This document shows, piece after piece, positions 28,076 through 37,067 of a stretch of DNA of 64,000 nucleotides (position 1 is its first letter; each line of letters opens with the position of its first letter). A program made the position numbers and the translations under genes. This DNA is from an uncultured Actinomycetota bacterium (GTDB taxonomy: Bacteria > Actinomycetota > Actinomycetes > Mycobacteriales > CAVVZQ01). Location of the stretch: contig CAVVZQ010000008.1 of the NCBI GenBank assembly GCA_963752715.1, forward strand, positions 49,524 to 113,523, in the 5' to 3' direction. The notes beneath the pieces are model-generated. The model saw only the letters and a list, made by a program, of their open reading frames with translations, did no database searches and was not told where the DNA came from.

Positions 28076-28332
28076 CCCGTTACCGGGTCGAGCTGCGCCC
28101 GGCAGCCGTCCGGGCGCTGCGGAAGATCGACCCGCAGATGCGCGAGCGGATCCAGGGCGCGATCGCGCTGCTGGCCTCCGATCCTCGACCGCCGGCGTCG
28201 CGCCAGCTCAAGGGACGTCCAGGCCGGCGAGTGCGAGTCGGGGACTACCGGCTCATCTACACCATCGCCGACGACGTGCTACTGATCGTGGTCGTCACCA
28301 TCGGACACCGCCGCGAGGTCTACGACCGCTAG
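28066..28332 (+). CDS. relE: RelE/ParE family type II toxin
   Basis: GTG 28066 overlaps the antitoxin end by 10 nt. LKGRPGRRVRVGDYRLIYTIADDVLLIVVVTIGHRREVY. Confidence 0.85.
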   Translation: MAVARYRVELRPAAVRALRKIDPQMRERIQGAIALLASDPRPPASRQLKGRPGRRVRVGDYRLIYTIADDVLLIVVVTIGHRREVYDR

Positions 28333-28446
28333 CCCCCGACAGATCCATCCATGCCCGCCCCTGCCGAGTTGAGGGCGGATCTCCAGGCCACGAGCCGGCT
28401 TGCTGAACAGCTGCCGACCGATCGAAGGGTGCTGAACACTGGTTGC

Positions 28447-28815
28447 ATGTCTCGGCGGCCGCGAGGGGTCTGGGTGGTGAGCGTGGGTCTTGCGCTGGTC
28501 GCTGTCGGGGCGCTGGCTGTCGGGGTGCTGATGACGTTCGTCTCGGGACTCACGCCGCCGACTGATCCGCTGTTCGCGATCGTCGGGCTGGCCGTGGCGG
28601 CGAGCTGTCTGGTGGCGGCGGTGGGGGTGTGGACGCGGCGGCTGCGCCGGGCGGTAGTCCTGGCCCTGGCTGGGACGGCTCCGCTGGCGTGCCTGCTGGG
28701 GCTCTGGGAATCGACGGACTTCGAGGCCCTCACGATCATGGCAGTCCTGGGCTGGGCGGCACTGGTGCTGGTCCTGCGCCGACCGGCACCGGCGGCGTGG
28801 GTGGCCGGCGACTAG
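28447..28815 (+). CDS. Hypothetical membrane protein (4 TM)
   Basis: ATG 28447 within track ORF 28351..28815. Hydrophobic helices and coding-like GC3. Confidence 0.55.
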   Translation: MSRRPRGVWVVSVGLALVAVGALAVGVLMTFVSGLTPPTDPLFAIVGLAVAASCLVAAVGVWTRRLRRAVVLALAGTAPLACLLGLWESTDFEALTIMAVLGWAALVLVLRRPAPAAWVAGD

Positions 28816-28907
28816 CCAGCGCGGACGGTCCGGTGAGACCCTCGCCCCTGCCCCACGACGCGCGACCGCGAGGCGACACGAGACAAGGCCAGCAGGCTAC
28901 GGGTGGT

Positions 28908-29132
28908 CTAGCGGGTGAACAGGCGGAAGGACAGGTAGCCCAGGCCGACCGCGCCGAGGCCCGCGAAGATCCCGAGGAACACGATTGCCAGGCCCCAGAA
29001 CTGCAGGGACTGGTCGGGCTGCCCGCGCCGACCGATCAACGCCTCGACCACGTACCAGCCCAGCGCCCAGATCGCGAACACCGCAAGGACCGCGGCCCCG
29101 GCCGCAGCCAGCACCGCTGCGATGCGCCCCAC
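28908..29132 (-). CDS. Small hypothetical membrane protein (2 TM, 74 aa)
   Basis: Two hydrophobic helices, and GC3 near saturation in this frame. Confidence 0.55.
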   Translation of the reverse strand: MGRIAAVLAAAGAAVLAVFAIWALGWYVVEALIGRRGQPDQSLQFWGLAIVFLGIFAGLGAVGLGYLSFRLFTR

Positions 29133-29498
29133 GCGGCCAGGCTAGGCGGCGGCGCGGGCTGAACATCCTCACCTGCGATGAGGACGTTCTTCGACTTCCC
29201 GGATCGGGAGGGCCCGGCCGCTTCCACCACTCCGGTGTCGACGTCACCGGACAGGGACTCCCGACGCCTGCGCGGCGGACTCGCCGCTGAGCGGAGTGTG
29301 GCCTATGCGGGCACGGATGTGCACGCCACCGTCATGACCACCGAGTAGCAGACGCCCACTCCAGGTCGCCCCGGCCCTCCGGTTCGAGGTGCCAGTAGCC
29401 GTACTGGGCCGTGCGATTCGGCGCCGCGCCGCGGCTGGTGAACAGTACGGTGAGGGGAACCGCGGTGCTGGTGTGCGGCTCGCCCGAGGAGGTCAGTG

Positions 29499-31373
29499 AT
29501 GACTGCTTCTGCTCACACGTCGTCGGCGAACCAGGCGCTGCTGGGGGTGCTGCCGTTCGAGGACGAGTCTGACTTCGCCGATGCGCGGCGGGGGTTCATC
29601 GCCGACACCCCGCACCGGGTGATCACGAACCCGGACGGCAGCCCGTCGTTCGACCTGGACGCGTACGAGTTCGTGCGGGACGCCCCGGCTCCGGACACGG
29701 TGAACCCGAGCCTGTGGCGGCAGTGCCAGCTGCTGGGCATCACGGGGCTGTTCGAGGTGGTGGACGGGATCTACCAGGTGCGCAACGTCGACCTGGCGGT
29801 GATGTCGTTCATCCGCGGGCAGACCGGGTGGATCGTGGTGGACCCGCTCGTGACCGCGGCGCCGGCGGCGGAGGCGTTGCGGCTGCTGCGCGAGCACGTA
29901 GCGGACCTGCCGGTGAGCGCGGTGCTGTCCACGCACTCGCACGCGGACCATTTCGGTGGGATCGAGGGGGTGGCCGACCGGGCCGACGTGGAGGCGGCAC
30001 GGGTGCGGTACGTGGTGCCGGCCGGTTTCGTGGAGGAGTCGGTGTCGGAGAACGTGCTGGCCGGCAACGTGATGGCTCGCCGTGCGTCGTACATGTACGG
30101 CAACGCCGTCCCCCCGGGGCCGGAGGGGGCGGTGGGGGCCGGGCTGGGTCCGTCGACGAGCACCGGGTCGATGGCGCTATACCCGCCGACCGACATCGTC
30201 GACCACACCGGGCAGGAGCTCGACATCGACGGGGTGCGGTTCATCTTCCAGCACACCCCGGGTGCGGAGGCCCCGGCGGAGTACTGCTTCTACCTGCCCG
30301 ACCAGGCCGCGTTGTGCATGGCCGAGATCGCCTCCCACACCCTGCACAACGTCTACACCCTGCGTGGGGCGAAGATGCGGGACGCGCTGACGTGGTCCAA
30401 GCACATCCACGAGGCGTTGCGGCTGTTCGGCGACCGAGCGCAGGTGCTGTTCGCCTCGCACCACTGGCCCACCTGGGGCAACGAGGCACTGCGCGCCCAG
30501 CTGGTCGGGCAACGCGACCTGTACCGGTACCTGCACGACCAGACGCTGCGGCTGGCCAACCACGGTCACGGCCCGAGCGAGATCGCCGAGATGATCGAGC
30601 TGCCCGCCGGCATCGCGGGTCGGTTCGCCAACCGCGGCTACTACGGCAGCGTCAACCACAACGTCAAGGCCGTCTACAACTACTACCTGGGCTGGTTCGA
30701 CGCCAACCCGGCGAACCTGCACCCGCTGCCGCCCGAACCGGCCGGGCGCAAGTTCGTCGAGTACGCCGGCGGCGCCGAGGCGCTGCTGGCGCGGGCCCGC
30801 GCCGACTTCGAGGCCGGGGACTACCGGTGGGTGGCCGAGGCGGTCAACCACCTCGTGTTCGCCGACCCGGACAACGCCGACGCGAAGACCCTGCTGGCCG
30901 ACACGTACGAGCAGCTGGCGTACCAGGCCGAGTCGGGGCCGTGGCGCAACTTCTACCTCGCCGGCGCCACCGAGCTGCGGCACGGCATCCGCCCCGTGGC
31001 GACACCGAACGCCGCCCAACCAGGCATGGTGTCCTCGATGCCGGTCGCCACCGTCCTCGACGCCCTCGCCGTGCGCCTGGACGGGTCCGCCGTCGCCGAC
31101 GTGCACGCCACCATCGGATTCGCCGTCGACGACGACACCCACACCCTGGAGCTGTCCAACGGCACCCTGCACCACCACCCCGGCACCGACCCGAACACGG
31201 CAGCGACCATCCGGATGACCCGCGCGGCGCTGGACGCCATGGTCATGGGACACGACCTCCAGCAACTCGTCGCCGACGGCTCGATCACCCTCGACGGCGA
31301 CCTGTCCGCCGTCCAGGCGCTGCTGGCCAACCTCGACACCTTCGAGTTCTGGTTCCCCATCGTCACCCCGTGA
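29499..31373 (+). CDS. Alkyl/aryl-sulfatase, MBL fold (SdsA1/BDS1-like) with an SCP2-like C-terminus
   Basis: AGGAGG lies 5 nt before ATG 29499. THSHADHFGG, a dimerisation region, and a C-terminal DTFEFWFPIVTP. Confidence 0.85.
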   Translation: MTASAHTSSANQALLGVLPFEDESDFADARRGFIADTPHRVITNPDGSPSFDLDAYEFVRDAPAPDTVNPSLWRQCQLLGITGLFEVVDGIYQVRNVDLAVMSFIRGQTGWIVVDPLVTAAPAAEALRLLREHVADLPVSAVLSTHSHADHFGGIEGVADRADVEAARVRYVVPAGFVEESVSENVLAGNVMARRASYMYGNAVPPGPEGAVGAGLGPSTSTGSMALYPPTDIVDHTGQELDIDGVRFIFQHTPGAEAPAEYCFYLPDQAALCMAEIASHTLHNVYTLRGAKMRDALTWSKHIHEALRLFGDRAQVLFASHHWPTWGNEALRAQLVGQRDLYRYLHDQTLRLANHGHGPSEIAEMIELPAGIAGRFANRGYYGSVNHNVKAVYNYYLGWFDANPANLHPLPPEPAGRKFVEYAGGAEALLARARADFEAGDYRWVAEAVNHLVFADPDNADAKTLLADTYEQLAYQAESGPWRNFYLAGATELRHGIRPVATPNAAQPGMVSSMPVATVLDALAVRLDGSAVADVHATIGFAVDDDTHTLELSNGTLHHHPGTDPNTAATIRMTRAALDAMVMGHDLQQLVADGSITLDGDLSAVQALLANLDTFEFWFPIVTP

Positions 31374-32077
31374 CCGCGAACTCGGGCCAGGGCCGCGGCG
31401 CGCCTGAGTCGGGGTGGCGGCGACACGCGACCTCGATCGAGGTGGCCGCGGTGGCCGGCCTGGTGAGCGGAGTCGGGTGGATCGTCTCGCTGCGCGGCCT
31501 GCTGGCCGGTCCCGGCCTGGACGCCACCCGCGCAGAGATCGCGACCTTCTACACCGCCCCCGGAGCGGCCGGGCCCACCGGCGTCTACCTCGTCGTGCTG
31601 GTGGTCTCGACGCTGGCGTTCCTGTGGTTCGTCGGCGTGGTGCGCAGCCGACTGGGCCCGGCGGAGAGCCCGATGGTGGGCACCGTGTTCCTCGGCGGCT
31701 CGGTGGTGATGGCCGGGCTGCTGCTCGTCGGCGCCGCCGCCGTGGCCGCGCCGGCATTCCTGCTCGACGCCGGCGGCCAGGTCCCTGACCCGGGGGCCGC
31801 CCAGCTGGCCCGGGCCTTCGGCCTGATCATCCTGGTGGTGTTCACCCCCCGGGTGGCCACGCTCATCATGTTCACCTCGGCGACGCTGAGCCGGCAGGCC
31901 CGCGCGCTGCCGGGGTGGATGATCGTGCTCACCTACCTGGTCGGAGTGGTGGAGTTCGTCACCGTCACCGTCGCCGAACCCGTCCTCTACGTCTTCCCCG
32001 CCTGGGTCACGCTGGCGTCCACCGTGCTGCTCCCGCGCCACGACCGGATACCCACGCGGGGCTCAGCGCACACCTGA
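31370..32077 (+). CDS. Hypothetical membrane protein (about 6 TM)
   Basis: GTG 31370 overlaps the sulfatase stop (GTGA). Hydrophobic throughout. Confidence 0.55.
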   Translation: MTANSGQGRGAPESGWRRHATSIEVAAVAGLVSGVGWIVSLRGLLAGPGLDATRAEIATFYTAPGAAGPTGVYLVVLVVSTLAFLWFVGVVRSRLGPAESPMVGTVFLGGSVVMAGLLLVGAAAVAAPAFLLDAGGQVPDPGAAQLARAFGLIILVVFTPRVATLIMFTSATLSRQARALPGWMIVLTYLVGVVEFVTVTVAEPVLYVFPAWVTLASTVLLPRHDRIPTRGSAHT

Positions 32078-32130
32078 CACCGTGACAGCGCAGACGCACA
32101 CTGCGCGCGCCGCGCCACCGGGGAGACGGG

Positions 32131-33402
32131 TCAGCCTGAGGCGTCGTCGGGTGGGTGGTCGGCGACCCAGCGCTGCGCGTCCCGATAGGCCCGCAGCAGC
32201 GTCGCACCGACCCGCTCGTCCCCGGGGTAGACACTCGACGAGCCGATCACCTCGGTCACCCCGGTCGCGGCCAGCTGCTCGCGGATGCGTTCGCCGGCCG
32301 AGACGATCACCAGCCTCGAACCGACCTGGTCCAGCGCCTGGGCGTAGCGCAGCAGGACGTCCATGAACGTCGTCCCCAGGTCCGTCCGGCCCCGCAGGCG
32401 CAGGATCACCACCGACCGAGCCGAGCGGTCGGTGACCACCGGGAGGGCCTTCTCGAACACCGGTGCGGCGGCGAAGAACAGGCTGCCGTAAGGCTGCAGC
32501 ACCACCACCTGCGACCCGGGGAGCTCGGCGGGCGGGTCGACCTCGACCGGGTGGGCATCGTCATCGTAGACCCGGCGCCTGATGCGGATCTGGTTGGACT
32601 GACGGACCACGTACAGCACCACCGACAGGGCCACCCCGGCCAGGACCGCGTACTGAAGCGGGATGAGCATCGTCAGCACGAACGTGACGACCAGCACCGC
32701 CTTCTGCACGTTCCCGGTCCGCCACACCGACTGCAGGTTCGCCAGGAATCAGGATCAGCAGCCGGCGCGCCGCAGCCGGGCCGCTACGGCGGCCGAGGAC
32801 GTCGCCCGGCTGACCACCGGCACCCGGGTGCGCTGGAACGCCACGATGAGCCCGACCGTCACGACCCCGACCGCGACACTCGCCCAGCTCAGCGAACCCG
32901 GCGACAGCACCGTGTCGACCGCGCGCGTCACCCGGTTCGCGCCCGCCGCGTCGTACCCGGTCAGATTTCCCAGCTGCCCGAGCACGATGTTCACCCCCAC
33001 CGCGTTGATGAAGCCCACCATCACCGCGTTGGACACGAACCGCAGCACCGACCCGGCGCGCAGCAGCCCCGCCAGACCCATCACCACACCCGTGAGCACC
33101 GCCAGGGTGAACAACGCACGCCCGGAGTCCGACGCTCCGTGCACCGCCGGAACGTCGGAGATGATCATGGCCATCGCACCCGTGGCCGTGACGACCATGA
33201 ACGTCGACGAGGTCACCGCCGCCCCGGCCACGGCGCCGACCATGTACGCGTACAGACCGGCCAACGGGTTCACACCGGCCAGCAGGCCCGCCGCCAGCCC
33301 GTCCGGCACGCTCTGCACACCCAGCACCACACCCGCCACACCGTCACGGCGTGCCGTCCGCCACGGCGGCAGCACCCACCGCCCCCGCGACGTACCGCTC
33401 AC
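32131..33402 (-). pseudogene. SulP family anion transporter relic, central TM core deleted
   Basis: The N-terminal piece (track ORF 32755..33534) reads PPWRTARRDGVAGVVLGVQSVPDGLAAGLLAGVNP...IVAFQRTR. The C-terminal piece (32131..32727) reads WRTGNVQKAVLVVTFVLTML followed by a STAS domain. Only about 30 nt separate them, and they are in different frames. Confidence 0.7.
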
Positions 33403-33564
33403 AGCCGGCCCCGCCGTCGGATCACACCCGGAAGTATCACAGCCACACAGCACACACGGGCTCGGGAGCAGACAGCGGGACGACTCCGACACCAAGCGCC
33501 GCCACCCGCGCCAGCCTCGTCGGAATGTCCGCAAAGATCACCCGCATATCAAGCAGGTTCGTGA

Positions 33565-33879
33565 AACGGCGGTCGGCTCGCCCGGCGGGCTCGGGGTCAT
33601 CCCGAGCAGGCCGCCCGGCAGGAGTCCGGCCAGGATCTCTACTGGCAGTCCTTCTGGGACACCGAGCAGGTCTTCTACGGCCATGTGCTGGGCTTCAAGG
33701 GCATGGAGCGCCGCGCGGTGGTCCTCGCGCTGAACGAGAAGCGTCCGCGGGAGCGGGCTCGGGAGCGCCTGTATGTGGGAATGTCCCGGGCCCGTGACCA
33801 GCTCGTCGTGGTGGGCGACGAGGCGTACGTAGAACAGGTCGCCGGGCCGAGCGTGCTGCGCCGGCTCCGGGAGGGATAG
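33565..33879 (+). pseudogene. C-terminal relic of the UvrD-like helicase/ATPase
   Basis: The frame is open from 33565: YWQSFWDTEQVFYGHVLGFKGMERRAVVLALNEKRPRERARERLYVGMSRARDQLVVVGDEAYV (UvrD_C-type end). No plausible start or N-terminal domains. Confidence 0.65.
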
Positions 33880-33901
33880 CGTCGACGACAGGAGGTTCGT
33901 G

Positions 33902-34117
33902 ATGTCGGAGTCAGGCGGTGGCATCCAGTATCCCGGCCCGGACGAGGAGGAGCAGCTTCGCGCGGCGGCGGCGAGCGTCGGCAGCTACCCGTGGCCGGCG
34001 TGGATCACGTTGTGCTGGGGACTCGGCGTGGCCTTCCACTGGTGGGACGCCACCCGGCGGCCGATCACGCCGCAGGCAATCCAGCAGGAGATGGACCGGA
34101 TGAGGGGCAGGAAGTGA
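33902..34117 (+). CDS. Small 2TM-domain membrane protein
   Basis: AGGAGG at 33890-33895. WPAWITLCWGLGVAFHWW. Confidence 0.55.
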   Translation: MSESGGGIQYPGPDEEEQLRAAAASVGSYPWPAWITLCWGLGVAFHWWDATRRPITPQAIQQEMDRMRGRK

Positions 34118-35079
34118 AGGCGGTCGCCTACCACGCCTACGGCTCGCCGGATGTCCTCCACGTCGAGGAGGTGCCCGAGCCGGTGCCGGGTGAGCGCGAG
34201 GTGCTGGTGAGGGTGCGGGCCTCGGCGGTGAACTCCTGGGACTGGGAGTACGTCCAGGGCACGCCCTTCGTCAACCGCATCGGGGGGCTGCGCCATCCGA
34301 GGCACCCGATCCTCGGTGCCGACGTCGCGGGCACGGTCGAGGCGGTCGGGAAGAGTGTGGTCCGACTGCGGCCCGGGGATGCCGTCTTCGGGGACCTGTC
34401 CGGCTGTGGATGGGGTGGGTTCGCGGAGTACGTCTGCGCGGACGAGGATGCGCTGGCCCGCAAGCCGGACGGGGTCTCCTACGAGGCGGCGGCCGCGGTC
34501 CCGCAGGCGGGAGTGCTGGCGCTGCAGGCGCTGCGCGACGTCGCTCGGTTGCGCCCGGGGGAGCATGTGCTGGTCAACGGTGCCGGCGGTGGGGCCGGAA
34601 CTTTCGCCGTGGCGCTGGCGAACCTGCTGGGTGCCTCGGTGACGGGGGTGGACAGCGGCGAGAAGCAGGACCTGATGCGTTCGCTCGGGGTCGAGCGGGC
34701 CATGGACTACGCGCAGGAGGACTACACCCGTACCGGGGAGCGCTACGACGTGATTGTCGACATGCAGGCGTTTCGCAGGCCCTGGGACTACGCACGCGCG
34801 CTCCGTCCCGCCGGGCGGTTCGTGGCGGTGGGTGGCTCGGGGGCGACCCTGCTCGCCGTGGTCGCAGCCGCCCCGGTGGTCAGGCTGACCCAGGGCAAGC
34901 GACTGGCGCTGCTGCTGCACCGGCCCAAGCGCGCCGATCTCGAGTACCTCGGGGCGCTGCTGGAGGCCGGGGTCCTGTCCCCGGCCATCGACAGGCGCTT
35001 CGCGCTGGCGGACACGCCTCGGGCGGTCAGGTACTTCAGCGAAGGACACGCCAAGGGGAAGGTCGTCATCACCGTCTGA
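34114..35079 (+). CDS. Zinc-type NAD(P)-dependent alcohol dehydrogenase / quinone oxidoreductase (MDR family)
   Basis: GTG 34114 overlaps the preceding stop. VKAVAYHAYGSPDVLHVEEVPEP and VNGAGGGAGTFAV. Confidence 0.85.
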   Translation: MKAVAYHAYGSPDVLHVEEVPEPVPGEREVLVRVRASAVNSWDWEYVQGTPFVNRIGGLRHPRHPILGADVAGTVEAVGKSVVRLRPGDAVFGDLSGCGWGGFAEYVCADEDALARKPDGVSYEAAAAVPQAGVLALQALRDVARLRPGEHVLVNGAGGGAGTFAVALANLLGASVTGVDSGEKQDLMRSLGVERAMDYAQEDYTRTGERYDVIVDMQAFRRPWDYARALRPAGRFVAVGGSGATLLAVVAAAPVVRLTQGKRLALLLHRPKRADLEYLGALLEAGVLSPAIDRRFALADTPRAVRYFSEGHAKGKVVITV

Positions 35080-35096
35080 GTCGTGGCCCAGTCGTC

Positions 35097-35153
35097 CAGT
35101 GCCTGAGCAGTTCCGGGCAGTGCTGACAGTGCCTGAGCAGTGCCGCACAGTGC
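35097..35153. repeat. Five CAGTGC hexamers, including a duplicated CAGTGCCTGAGCAGT
   Basis: Hexamers start at 35097, 35118, 35127, 35138 and 35148. The last four are spaced 9-11 bp apart. Confidence 0.8.
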
Positions 35154-35194
35154 GGGGCGTGAGGGGTGACGACCGGTCCCGACCCCTTGAGTGG

Positions 35195-35210
35195 ATACCC
35201 CGGGGGGTAT
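35195..35210. promoter_or_regulatory. Palindrome ATACCCC-GG-GGGGTAT, a CsoR/CstR (DUF156)-type operator candidate
   Basis: Perfect 7-2-7 palindrome, 77 nt upstream of the rhodanese ATG. Confidence 0.55.
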
Positions 35211-35286
35211 ACGCTACAGTCATCCCTGAGGCGCTCACTGCAGCGCCCGCATCAGGTGGAGACGGCGGTCTGGAGGCCCCAGCACA

Positions 35287-35634
35287 ATGGATATGCAGTC
35301 GGTTCCCGAGGTCGATGCCCACGAGCTGGCGCGTGCGATCGAGGACGGTGCGTACGTGCTCGACGTGCGGGAGACCTACGAGTTCGCTCAGGGGTACGTC
35401 CCGAGCGCGGTCAACATCCCCATGGCGCTCGTGCCCGTGCGCAGCCACGAGATCCCCAGCGACGGCCGCGTGTACGTGATCTGTGCCAGCGGAAACCGGT
35501 CCTGGCACGCCTCGGCCTACCTGCGGCAGTTCGGCGTCGACGCGGTGTCGGTGGCGGGCGGCACGTACGGCTGGCTGGCCACCGGACGCGAGACGGTCGG
35601 AGGGCACGAGGCGGCGCGGACGGTGGCGCGATGA
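35287..35634 (+). CDS. Rhodanese-like sulfurtransferase
   Basis: Active-site loop CASGNRS. Confidence 0.85.
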   Translation: MDMQSVPEVDAHELARAIEDGAYVLDVRETYEFAQGYVPSAVNIPMALVPVRSHEIPSDGRVYVICASGNRSWHASAYLRQFGVDAVSVAGGTYGWLATGRETVGGHEAARTVAR

Positions 35635-37064
35635 GCGAGCTGACGATTGTCCCGTTGGACACCGAGGCGCTCGGTGACCGCTCCTACGTGATCAGCGACG
35701 GCAGGGTCGCCGTGGTCGTGGACCCGCAGCGAGACATCGACCGCGTGATCGGGATCGTGACCGACCTCGGTGTCGTCGTCGCAGCGGTGCTGGAGACCCA
35801 CATCCACAACGACTACGTCACCGGGGGACTGGAGCTGTCCCGCGTCACCGGTGCCGTGTATGTCGTCAGCGCCGCGGAGAGCGTGGCGTACGAGCGGCAC
35901 CCGGTCACCGACGGCGAGGTCATGACCTTCGGCGACATCCAGGTCACCGCCGTACACACGCCCGGACACACGCCGCACCACATGTCGTACGTCGTCAGTC
36001 ACGAGGGTCGGGTCCGCGCGGTGTTCAGCGGCGGGTCGATGCTGTACGGCGCGACCGGTCGCCCGGACCTGCTCGGTCCCGCACTGACCGTGGGCCTCGC
36101 CCACGACCAGTGGCACTCGGTGCGACGGCTGGCAGCGGTGCTGCCGGACGAGGCCGAGGTGATGCCGACGCACGGGTTCGGCTCGTTCTGCTCGACCAAC
36201 CAGCAGGAGTGCAGCACAGCCGGAATGGCGGCGACCGTGGGAGAGCAGCGACTGGTCAACCCGGCGCTGACCCGCGACGAGGAAACCTTCGTCTCGGAGA
36301 TGCTGGCGGGTCTCGACGCCTTCCCCGCCTACTACGCCCACATGGGTCCGACCAACGCTGCCGGACCGACGCGGGTGGACCTCAGCCCTGCCGAACGGGC
36401 GGACGCCGCCGAGATCCGCCGGCGCATCGACGCCGGGGAGTGGGTCATCGACCTGCGCTCCCGCTCCGCCTTCGCGCGCGGCCACGTCGCGGGCAGCCTC
36501 GGGTTCGACCTCAGCGGCCCGATGGTGACCTACCTGGGCTGGCTGCTGCCGCACGGCACGCCCGTGACTCTGCTGGGGGAGAGCCCCGAGCAGGTGGCGC
36601 AGGCCCAGCGGGAGCTGGTACGAATCGGCATCGACCGCCCCGCGGCCGCGGCCACAGGATCTGTCGAGCAGTGGTCGGGTGGTGACCCACTGGCCTCCCT
36701 GCAGGTGGCTCGCTGGTCTGACGTGGCGCGACTGGGTCTGCTGGACGCCGACGGGCCGGTCAGCGACGGCCGGGTCGTCCTGCTCGACGTACGCCAGCAC
36801 CGGGAGCGGGCCCGCTCCGCGGTGGTCGGCTCGATGCACATCCCGGTCCACGAGCTGCCGAGCCGGCTCGACGAGGTGCCCGAGGGGGACGTCTGGGTGC
36901 ACTGTGCCAGTGGCTACCGGGCGTCGGTGGTGGCGGGGCTTCTCAGCCGCAGCGGGCGGCGTGTCACGGTGGTCGACGACAGCTTCGACCGTGCCGCCGG
37001 ATGCGGTCTGCCCGTGCAGCCCTGCGAGGAGTGCCTACCGGACCTGGTCCTGTCAGGGGCCTGA
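35631..37064 (+). CDS. MBL-fold hydrolase fused to rhodanese domains (CstB-like persulfide dioxygenase-sulfurtransferase)
   Basis: ATG 35631 overlaps the rhodanese stop (ATGA). ETHIHNDYVTGG, HTPGHTPHH, and a C-terminal rhodanese loop with HCASGYRAS. Confidence 0.8.
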   Translation: MSELTIVPLDTEALGDRSYVISDGRVAVVVDPQRDIDRVIGIVTDLGVVVAAVLETHIHNDYVTGGLELSRVTGAVYVVSAAESVAYERHPVTDGEVMTFGDIQVTAVHTPGHTPHHMSYVVSHEGRVRAVFSGGSMLYGATGRPDLLGPALTVGLAHDQWHSVRRLAAVLPDEAEVMPTHGFGSFCSTNQQECSTAGMAATVGEQRLVNPALTRDEETFVSEMLAGLDAFPAYYAHMGPTNAAGPTRVDLSPAERADAAEIRRRIDAGEWVIDLRSRSAFARGHVAGSLGFDLSGPMVTYLGWLLPHGTPVTLLGESPEQVAQAQRELVRIGIDRPAAAATGSVEQWSGGDPLASLQVARWSDVARLGLLDADGPVSDGRVVLLDVRQHRERARSAVVGSMHIPVHELPSRLDEVPEGDVWVHCASGYRASVVAGLLSRSGRRVTVVDDSFDRAAGCGLPVQPCEECLPDLVLSGA

Positions 37065-37067
37065 CCG

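Larger units (their letters stand above)
27761..33564. other. About 5.8 kb cargo block separating the two helicase relics (TA pair, membrane proteins, alkylsulfatase, SulP relic)
   Basis: Defined by the last and first helicase-like residues on each side. No integrase, transposase or flanking direct repeats were seen. Confidence 0.5.

Noticed and set aside
29163-29187. Imperfect inverted repeat ACATCCTCA-N7-TGAGGACGT upstream of the small membrane ORF
   Set aside because: It matches 8/9 with no second copy or obvious partner gene. It is noted but cannot be assigned a role.
27761-33564. Calling the cargo block a mobile element or genomic island
   Set aside because: There is no integrase, transposase, tRNA target, or flanking direct or inverted repeats. 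Only the interrupted host gene and the TA module argue for insertion, so it is reported as a hypothesis rather than annotated as a mobile element.
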